64,000 nucleotides of DNA from an uncultured Candidatus Saccharibacteria bacterium. Lineage in GTDB: Bacteria > Patescibacteriota > Andersenbacteria > UBA10190. The notes below the pieces were generated by a model, which was not told where the DNA came from, did not search any database, and was given only the letters and a program-made list of their open reading frames with translations. How positions within the stretch are numbered: the stretch's first letter is position 1; each line of letters opens with the position of its first letter. Below, piece after piece: positions 57,334 through 64,000 of the stretch. Location: contig CAZSUC010000001.1 of the NCBI GenBank assembly GCA_964610055.1, positions 588,977-652,976 of the forward strand, given 5' to 3'. The translations under genes were made by a program, and so were the position numbers.

Positions 57334-57385
57334 AAAAAAACGCCCCAAGGACAATCCGACCGGGCCATCGGGAAAGCCTTGGGGC
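57334..57385 (-). terminator. Rho-independent terminator (T2), 60 nt upstream of the lepA start
   Basis: On the minus strand: GCCCCAAGG...CCTTGGGGC 9-bp stem with a nested CCGA/TCGG stem, followed by GTTTTTTT. Confidence 0.7.
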
Positions 57386-57485
57386 ACACATGAAGGAACA
57401 ACGCAACAGGGTAAAGAGAGCTATGCGCATGGCACCAGCCGCTCGGTCTCAACTTAAACCACACGCATAGCCCACACGTAGTTTT

Positions 57486-57513
57486 ATCATATCCCGCCTA
57501 CTCCAGATGTCAA
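57486..57513 (-). promoter_or_regulatory. Sigma70-like promoter (P2) immediately after T1
   Basis: TTGACA, 16-nt spacer, TATGAT on the minus strand. Confidence 0.5.
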
Positions 57514-57519
57514 CCAAAG

Positions 57520-57589
57520 AAAAAAACCGCCGAAAAGCGATTGTGTGGCACGGCGGGAGAATATCGCCACACAAAGAGCTTTTCGACGG
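57520..57589 (-). terminator. Strong rho-independent terminator (T1) in the lepA upstream region
   Basis: On the minus strand: CCGTCGAAAAGC...(inner 8-bp stem TGTGTGGC/GCCACACA)...GCTTTTCGGCGG, a 12-bp outer stem with one mismatch, followed by TTTTTTT. Confidence 0.7.
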
Positions 57590-57846
57590 CAACCGGGAAA
57601 GGGTAATCTCGCATCTCTTGCAAATTTGAGTCACCATTCTCAAGCTAGCCCGGCGGAGTCATGTACGACCTCCTTTCTAAAATGAGATCAGCCGACAGAC
57701 AACGCAAGGGGCCCTACCAACTTCAAAAAAAGAAAGAAAAAGAGAACAATATAACCGCCCGGAGGGGTTCATGAGAACCTACTTGGGGCACTAGCAGTCC
57801 CCTACAACACCCTCCAGACGGCTCGCACGACAGGTGCTGTTAAGTT

Positions 57847-57875
57847 CTTATACTCTTACCCGCTTTTTTTGTCAA
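57847..57875 (-). promoter_or_regulatory. Sigma70-like promoter (P1) downstream of murJ
   Basis: TTGACA, 17-nt spacer, TATAAG, read on the minus strand. It transcribes into a structured non-coding region. Confidence 0.5.
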
Positions 57876-57896
57876 CGGTCAAATTATCGTCTACCC

Positions 57897-59519
57897 TTAT
57901 TCCAACATTCCACCAAACCTTGGCGTCTCGGTCCCTGCATCTAATTTAACTTTCCATTTCCGCGGCAAATATTTTCGCAACACTTCTAACTCCTCACATC
58001 GGAATAACATACATAACCCTAAATAGGCCATTGCCCCGCCTACAAAGGCTCCAACCATCTGTACGCTCACACCCCAAAACCGCGTCATATTCACCCAAGG
58101 CTCAATTGCATACTTTAATCCTTGTACCACCATACCAGCCAATCCGCTCGCCACCGCGATCCTGATCATACTTGCCACCACCGCTTTATCATCAAACCCA
58201 TTCAGTTCTATATGCAGTTTTCCTAGCAATAACACCAAAGTTATAATCGCTGATGCCGAAAAAGCCAAGGCCAATCCTTCCACCCCCATACGCGGCGACA
58301 ACCAAATTGCCAATCCAATATTCGCCGCCATACTAATCAAAGAAATAACAACTGGTGTTGCTGTATTTTGTCTGACATAAAAAGCCCTAATCAACAACGG
58401 AGCGGCTGCTTGAGCAAATAAACTAACCAACAATAGACCTAAAATTGAATACGTCATAATAGTATCATTCCAATCAAACGCCCCATCACCAAACAAAACT
58501 CGCACAATTTGAGCGCGTAATAAATAAGCAAAAGCCGCGGTTGGTACTGTTAAAAAGATAATATAACGAAATGTTCGCGTTAGCGTCATCCGAAAATCTT
58601 TCGCCTGCTTCCGCGCCCATTGTTCGGCTAATGTTGGAAAAGCCGCTTGCGCAAATGCCAATCCAAAAATACCCACCGGTACGCTTTGAATGTTATTCGC
58701 CAAATGAAATGTCGCAATACTGCCAGCCGAAAGAGTCGAGCCAATAATGGTTACTAAAAACAAATTCATTTGTTGGCCTGCCATACCAAACATTCTCGGT
58801 ATAATCATCCGCCGTAAAGTTTTTACGTCTTTTGATTTCCATTTCATAACCGGACGCCACCGCCATCCCAACCGCCAAACACTCGGCAATTGAACTAAAG
58901 CATGCAAAGCTGCTCCTAACACCACCCCCCATCCTAACCCCGCCACTCCTAACCATGGCACCAGCCACACCACACCAACAATAATACCGATGTTGTAAAC
59001 AATCGGAGCCAACGCATACGCCACAAATCGCTTAAATGAATTCAGCACCCCTGAAAACATAAAGCTAATACTCAATAAAATTGGCTGTAATGCCATTATG
59101 CGAGATAAAGTGATCGTCATTTCTAACTTATCTCCCATAAAACCAGGTGTAATTAAAGGCACAATCCAACGCGCCCCTAATGCATATCCTGCGCTCAACA
59201 CTATCACTGTTAACAACACAATATTTAAGACCGACAAAGAGAAGTCAAAGGCCTCCTCATGATTACCTTTTTTACCTTTAACTAATTTCTCCGTAAACAA
59301 CGGAATGAAGGCTGCCGATAAAGCGCCCATCACTACTAAATTAAAAATCAAATCCGGCAAACGGAAAGCTGCAACAAACGCATCAAAAATATCGCCGGCC
59401 CCAAAAGTCGTAGTCATCACCCGTTCCCGTAACAACCCCACGACACGCGACCCTAACGACGCTACCGAGAGCCACAAAGCTGCTGAAATTAATTTTTGTG
59501 TATTGCCGTTCTTAATCAC
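57897..59519 (-). CDS. murJ: Lipid II flippase MurJ/MviN
   Basis: 540 aa, 14 predicted TM helices, N-terminus LGSRVVGLLRERVMTTTFGAGDIFDAFVAAFRLPD typical of MurJ. Confidence 0.85.
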   Translation of the reverse strand: MIKNGNTQKLISAALWLSVASLGSRVVGLLRERVMTTTFGAGDIFDAFVAAFRLPDLIFNLVVMGALSAAFIPLFTEKLVKGKKGNHEEAFDFSLSVLNIVLLTVIVLSAGYALGARWIVPLITPGFMGDKLEMTITLSRIMALQPILLSISFMFSGVLNSFKRFVAYALAPIVYNIGIIVGVVWLVPWLGVAGLGWGVVLGAALHALVQLPSVWRLGWRWRPVMKWKSKDVKTLRRMIIPRMFGMAGQQMNLFLVTIIGSTLSAGSIATFHLANNIQSVPVGIFGLAFAQAAFPTLAEQWARKQAKDFRMTLTRTFRYIIFLTVPTAAFAYLLRAQIVRVLFGDGAFDWNDTIMTYSILGLLLVSLFAQAAAPLLIRAFYVRQNTATPVVISLISMAANIGLAIWLSPRMGVEGLALAFSASAIITLVLLLGKLHIELNGFDDKAVVASMIRIAVASGLAGMVVQGLKYAIEPWVNMTRFWGVSVQMVGAFVGGAMAYLGLCMLFRCEELEVLRKYLPRKWKVKLDAGTETPRFGGMLE

Positions 59520-59522
59520 ACC

Positions 59523-61466
59523 TTATTGCCTTTCTAAAACCGCCCCTACCAACACGTCTTGGTTAAGCTCTCCTCGATAAACCAACTCTTGGCTGCTTGT
59601 TGTTGTAATTCCGTCATGAGGGATAGTATGCACAATCCCTATGTTTTCGGGAAGCCGTATTTCTACTCGCACTTCTGTTCGATTATCACCTGGTTGTTTT
59701 ACTACATAAGTTTCGTATCTCTCTGCTGGATCTAACAAATCCGGTAAGTCCGCTGCGCCCGGTAATCGATAGCGGTAAATTCCCACTGTCGTTGCTCCCG
59801 GTTTAGTTATCATCCAATTAGCAAAAAACTTATATCCACTTTCTTGACCAATCACCGTGCCGCTAACATCCGCCACTTGCGCTCGTTGCCATTCCGCTAA
59901 ATCAGGATCAGCCGTTAATTCCTCTGGCAATTCTGGAAAATCATATCGCGGCACATCTGCAGCTTCTGTAAAACCTCGTGCCTCTATTAACTCTGCCTCA
60001 TCCGGTACTAATACTCGCTGCCAAACTACATTATCTTTATACGCTGGGTTTTCGCCATCAGGATATTCACGATCCAATATCTCTTCCGGACCCCGATGCG
60101 TTCGCCTAATCGTAACTGTCACTTCCACATCGCCATTGCTTTGCACATCGCTGCGATAATCAATCTCTTGATCCATAAACTGATCACTCTTATGCCCTCC
60201 AATATTTGTATTATTTACATAAAGCAAGCCTAACTGTTCCTCAGGCAACTCTCCACTCCAATTTAACTCATGTACTCGCGCCTGTTCCTCTGTTCTTGTT
60301 AAATTAACTAATAAACTTTTTTTCTGAATTGCATTATTCATGACATTTAACACATCTAATACTGCTTTCGAATCTTGTGCGAACACTCGATTCAACAAAA
60401 CCGGCGTTAAGTCAGCCAAAAATTGTTTCGGCCGATTAACTTCTTTATCGTAATCATATGTCACCTCGTCTTGAGTTAGCGCAATGAAGTTATCCTCATC
60501 CACCGTCACGTTATAAGTTGGCATTTCAATTGGACCAGTAATCGCTAACAAATCTTGAATAATCTCTGGAGTAATTGCAATGACTCCATCCACCTTTGAT
60601 CCACCCTCCTTTTCCCAAAACGACTGAATTTTCTCTGCACTTAAGTCAAAATCAACAAACCAATTAGCATCTCGTAAGTACCATCTATCCGTAATTCCTC
60701 GCATCGGATCAGGTGGTGCAATATATTCTTTTAATTGTCCGTCCGGATCATATACTGTTTGCACATCTACTTCTTCCACCTGACCTCGACTAACATTTAC
60801 CACTCCTAGACTTCCAATAAATCCACCTGTTGGCCGCAATTCATGATTGTTTTGAAACACTAACAAATAACGTCGATCTTCTTGCGCTCCTAAAACTGAT
60901 AACAATAAATCACTTTGTTCATTGAAAGATTGAATTGATGCTAATAATTCTGGCACTACTTCTTTCAACATTTGCGCAGGCTCTTTTACGGATGCTGGCA
61001 ACAACAAAGTATTAACGCCATTTAAGTTTTCGACTGCGTCTTCCAACGCCGCTTGTGCCACTCCCATATTCTCTTGTGTAATCTCCAGCGCGCCAACCAA
61101 AGTCCTTTCCGACTTTTGATTACTACCGATTACCGACCCACTTGAAGCCATTAAAACAGACAACGCTTCCGTAACTCTCTGCCCTGCCTCAGTTACACTT
61201 TCCGCTGCCGCTAACATATTATCGCCTGAACGGACTGTGCCTGTAACATCTAAAGTTTCTAGAACTAATCGCGATGCTGATAAAGCATCCCGCAGTTGCT
61301 CTCGCGCTTCCATCAATTGCTCCTTGGCGTTAGCAAAATTTTCACTCCCAGTTTCAAAATCGCTTTGCGATACCGCCGCCTGCGCAGCTGCCACTTCATT
61401 CAAAGCCTCTTTCGTGCGTCTAATAATTGGGCCAATTGCAACATACCCTCGACCCAAAGCTTGCAA
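59523..61466 (-). CDS. DUF4012-domain protein, membrane-anchored extracytoplasmic part (apparently frameshifted from its N-terminal region)
   Basis: YLLVFQNNHELRPTGGFIGSLG is the DUF4012 signature. The frame stays open upstream through a TM helix (LVSNALILIIGCGIGWLAL) to a stop inside the A9 tract with no canonical start. The ORF-track start is TTG. Confidence 0.6.
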   Translation of the reverse strand: MQALGRGYVAIGPIIRRTKEALNEVAAAQAAVSQSDFETGSENFANAKEQLMEAREQLRDALSASRLVLETLDVTGTVRSGDNMLAAAESVTEAGQRVTEALSVLMASSGSVIGSNQKSERTLVGALEITQENMGVAQAALEDAVENLNGVNTLLLPASVKEPAQMLKEVVPELLASIQSFNEQSDLLLSVLGAQEDRRYLLVFQNNHELRPTGGFIGSLGVVNVSRGQVEEVDVQTVYDPDGQLKEYIAPPDPMRGITDRWYLRDANWFVDFDLSAEKIQSFWEKEGGSKVDGVIAITPEIIQDLLAITGPIEMPTYNVTVDEDNFIALTQDEVTYDYDKEVNRPKQFLADLTPVLLNRVFAQDSKAVLDVLNVMNNAIQKKSLLVNLTRTEEQARVHELNWSGELPEEQLGLLYVNNTNIGGHKSDQFMDQEIDYRSDVQSNGDVEVTVTIRRTHRGPEEILDREYPDGENPAYKDNVVWQRVLVPDEAELIEARGFTEAADVPRYDFPELPEELTADPDLAEWQRAQVADVSGTVIGQESGYKFFANWMITKPGATTVGIYRYRLPGAADLPDLLDPAERYETYVVKQPGDNRTEVRVEIRLPENIGIVHTIPHDGITTTSSQELVYRGELNQDVLVGAVLERQ

Positions 61467-61525
61467 ATTTTGTAACGCTAACCAACCAATCCCACATCCA
61501 ATAATTAGGATCAGGGCATTAGAAA

Positions 61526-62218
61526 CTAATCGACGTACAGTTTTTTTTTACGCCAAGCCTCCTTTAACGCTTCTGTTAACTCTATGTCTTGTCCGGCTTT
61601 TGCCGGAACAATATTTTTCGGAAAAATACTAAAGTGCAGAGGTAAGGCAAACCGACGCTTAGGCGGTTGGATTGCATTTTGCTCATTTACTTTAATCTCT
61701 GCTCCGTCAGGTTTTTGCTTTTTGTCTTCCCATTCATACGGCATATCTCGCTCTTTTGTAATCAGTACCTTAACCGGCTTTGGTTGCATCATTTTTGTTT
61801 TATTGGTTCCTCGGGCTGGAGGAGTCATTCTTTTCGATTGCGCCAACATGTTTCCATACGGCGGCAACATTACACTCGCCCCCGGCTTATTCTCTCGCCA
61901 TACATCGCCAGTATGTTGTTCTACTCCTCGTTTCGGTTTCGGCGTTCGCCGCATAGAATATAGAGGATACTTTGAAGGTAATTCAGAATATAAAGGTCTC
62001 CGCTCAAATTGAATAATTGCTTGCTGTTGTCGCCTCTTGCGTCTTTGTCTTTCTAATTCATATCGTACTGGGCGGCGCAAACGTGCTGGCAATTTCCAAT
62101 CAAACTGCACAACTGGCGGCTGCGGTTTAGCCGCTTTCTTCGGTACTCGCCGTGTCTTTCCGTGCGCAATTTTTCGCTCCGGTCTTAACGGTTTTTTTGG
62201 AGGAACTACATCGTACAC
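61526..62218 (-). CDS. Basic proline/lysine-rich ORF, probable N-terminal cytoplasmic region of the DUF4012 protein
   Basis: 230-aa K/R/P-rich low-complexity ORF ending ...WRKKKLYVD* in the A9 tract at 61541-61549. A +1 A would fuse it in frame to the TM helix and DUF4012 domain. Confidence 0.45.
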   Translation of the reverse strand: MYDVVPPKKPLRPERKIAHGKTRRVPKKAAKPQPPVVQFDWKLPARLRRPVRYELERQRRKRRQQQAIIQFERRPLYSELPSKYPLYSMRRTPKPKRGVEQHTGDVWRENKPGASVMLPPYGNMLAQSKRMTPPARGTNKTKMMQPKPVKVLITKERDMPYEWEDKKQKPDGAEIKVNEQNAIQPPKRRFALPLHFSIFPKNIVPAKAGQDIELTEALKEAWRKKKLYVD

Positions 62219-62252
62219 ACGCTTATTATATCATCATGCTACACTATAACCA

Positions 62253-63644
62253 ATGTCACAGTTTCTCCCTCTTGGTCAGCATGATCTACCACCCGCCCTA
62301 TCTTTCCGCCGCTTGATTGGCCCCAGCTTTATTATCTTAGGTCTCGGCTTAGGTAGCGGCGAGGTCATTCTTTGGCCTTATCTTTCTAGTAACTATGGTC
62401 TCGGTATTGTTTGGGCTATTGTCGTCGGTATTACCATGCAGTTTTTCATCAACTTAGAAGTCGAACGATACGCTTTAATTTATGGTGAAAGCATTTTTGT
62501 CGGTTTCGCACGCATGCTGCGTTATCTTCCCGCCTGGTTTATTCTCACCACCTTCTTTGGTTTCGGCTGGCCCGGTATCGGTTTAGCCGGCGCAACTTTA
62601 CTTGCTCATGCTTTCGGTATTTCTAATGTAAACATCGCGGCCATCGCCATCTTTCTCCTTATCGGACTTATCTTGTCTTTTGGACGCGTTCTTTACCAAA
62701 CCGTTGAAAATATTCAAAAATGGCTGATCGGCTTAGGTGTCCCGGCAATTATTCTGCTCACTCTTTACCTATCTTCTCGAGCTGACTTTGTTGTTCTCGC
62801 CCAAGGTTTAATTGGCCACGGTCACAATTTTTGGTTCTTACCCGACGGCTTAGCAATTGCTGCTTTTTTAGGCGCTCTGGCTTTCTCTGGGGCAGGCGGA
62901 AATCTTAATCTGGCTCAATCTTTTTACGTGCGCGACAAAGGTTACGGCATGGGAAAATATTCTGCACGAATTACTAATCTGCTCCACGAAAATCAAGATG
63001 ACGCTCACTTTCACCTCACCGGCTCCACTTTCCCTCTGTCTTCTTCTAACCTCAGTCGCTTTCATCGTTGGTGGCGCATCATGAATCTCGAACACTTTTT
63101 AATTTTTTGGGTTCTCGGTTTGATTACAATGTTAACCCTAGCTTTATTAGCTTACGTCACCGCTTACGGCACACCTGGCAATGAGCAAAATATTACTTTC
63201 GTTCTCAATGAAGCCACTGCCATCAGCCAACTCACTCTTCCTGTTATCAGCCTGTTATTCCTGATCATAACTGGCATCATGCTTTCCGCCACCCAGATGA
63301 CTGTGCTTGATTCCACTAGTCGTATCATCGCCGAAAATTGGCTGCTCTTTACGCGCAAAGCTAAAGGCAAAATGGCACACCTGTATTATTTTATTCTTTG
63401 GGCTCAAATCGCTTTTGGAATCCTGGTTTTCCTGGCTGGATTTAACGAACCGAAACAATTAATTATTACTTCCGCTGTCATTAATGCTTTCACCATGTTT
63501 ATTTACACCGGACTTTTACTTTGGTTAAATAATAGTCGCTTGCCTCAACCTCTTAAACCTCGTGCCTGGCGCAATGTCGCTCTCGCTATTACTTTTCTCT
63601 TTTTCGGTGTTTTCTGCGTTTTGTATCTCATTGATAAATTTTAA
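62253..63644 (+). CDS. NRAMP-family-like divalent metal transporter
   Basis: 463 aa, 11-12 TM helices. N-terminal GPSFIILGLGLGSGEVILWP and a MQFF...E-containing TM3 resemble Nramp/MntH-like proteins. Confidence 0.5.
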   Translation: MSQFLPLGQHDLPPALSFRRLIGPSFIILGLGLGSGEVILWPYLSSNYGLGIVWAIVVGITMQFFINLEVERYALIYGESIFVGFARMLRYLPAWFILTTFFGFGWPGIGLAGATLLAHAFGISNVNIAAIAIFLLIGLILSFGRVLYQTVENIQKWLIGLGVPAIILLTLYLSSRADFVVLAQGLIGHGHNFWFLPDGLAIAAFLGALAFSGAGGNLNLAQSFYVRDKGYGMGKYSARITNLLHENQDDAHFHLTGSTFPLSSSNLSRFHRWWRIMNLEHFLIFWVLGLITMLTLALLAYVTAYGTPGNEQNITFVLNEATAISQLTLPVISLLFLIITGIMLSATQMTVLDSTSRIIAENWLLFTRKAKGKMAHLYYFILWAQIAFGILVFLAGFNEPKQLIITSAVINAFTMFIYTGLLLWLNNSRLPQPLKPRAWRNVALAITFLFFGVFCVLYLIDKF

Positions 63645-64000
63645 TTGAAATATAAAAGCCGGTGCGCTATGCACCAGCATTGCCGTTACGGCGGCATTTA
63701 ATCAAGGGAACCAAAGAGAGGCTGACAACCAGGCGGAACGATACTATTTAGCGAGTAGCACCCCGCTTCAATGTATGGCAATTGCCCGCACTTCTGTATC
63801 AGACTCACATACAGAATCATTGAAGTCCCCCGTGGAGACCTCAACACAGTGCCCAAAAAATCACGATGCAAGACCGTCTCCTCTGGAAATACCTTAGCCA
63901 GCAAAGAATCCCGCTCTTGCTCTGTCGGCTTCTCTGTCCTTTGAAAATCATCAAGCAAATCAAGAAATTGGGACAATCCCAACGGACACAGCAAAGTATG

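Noticed and set aside
57449-57643. 64-aa minus-strand ORF in the lepA upstream region
   Set aside because: It starts with TTG, has no SD, and spans a strong terminator hairpin. The region is better explained as structured non-coding RNA.
57660-57680. The plus-strand string ACCTCCTTTCT resembles the 3' end of 16S rRNA
   Set aside because: The flanking sequence does not match the conserved 16S 3' region (GGATCACCTCCTT preceded by GTAACAAGG...). On the minus strand it is simply a Shine-Dalgarno sequence (AAAGGAGGT) 7 nt before an ATG.
63698-63994. 98-aa minus-strand ORF at the window edge
   Set aside because: No motif and no RBS. The region downstream of the NRAMP-like gene could equally be non-coding. 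I left it uncalled.
1-64000. Alternative genetic code (TGA recoding) as in some CPR lineages, prompted by the in-frame TGA at 22103-22105
   Set aside because: Many confidently identified genes (rmlA, gmhA, lepA, the UDP-GlcA-epimerase-like gene, the Clp-like ATPase) terminate at TGA at positions that match the full length of their families. Standard code 11 fits the window.
1-64000. CRISPR arrays, IS elements or integrases
   Set aside because: No regularly spaced direct repeats, transposase or integrase ORFs, or inverted terminal repeats were seen. The inserted operon at 33.9-39.9 kb lacks recognisable mobility genes within the window.

Overview
Dense bacterial cell-envelope glycosylation locus, about 45% GC by eye, standard genetic code, mostly minus-strand operons. 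From the composition I would guess a Patescibacteria/CPR-like or Gram-positive lineage. (1) Positions 1-9500: a block of GT2/GT4 glycosyltransferases, an NDP-sugar epimerase and three SAM methyltransferases. (2) 9436-16444: a minus-strand nonulosonic-acid operon that looks pseudaminic-acid-like, with PseB, PseC, a cytidylyltransferase, a GNAT, an ATP-grasp protein, a HAD hydrolase and a NeuB/PseI synthase. (3) 17766-33930: an MsbA-like ABC exporter followed by many polytopic GT-C membrane proteins, namely three YfhO-like and two PMT/ArnT(GT39)-like proteins. (4) 33923-39925: an unusual inserted operon. It encodes a 616-aa glutamate-rich internally repeated protein, a Clp/Hsp100-like double-AAA+ ATPase, a 74-aa protein and a soluble VirD4/TraD-like FtsK-HerA ATPase. 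Two tandem TTG-initiated small paralogues lie beside it. (5) 40168-55124: two more GT39-like GT-C proteins, a GT4 and a polyprenyl-phosphate GT2. Also a complete ADP-L-glycero-beta-D-manno-heptose pathway (gmhA, a split hldE as separate kinase and adenylyltransferase, gmhB, hldD), rmlA/rmlC/rmlD, and a UDP-GlcA-4-epimerase-like gene where rmlB would be expected. (6) lepA is preceded by a 620-bp non-coding region containing two promoter/structured-RNA/terminator units. (7) MurJ, then a DUF4012 protein apparently split from its basic N-terminal domain by an A9 homopolymer frameshift, then an NRAMP-like transporter. No rRNA, tRNA or CRISPR was detected.
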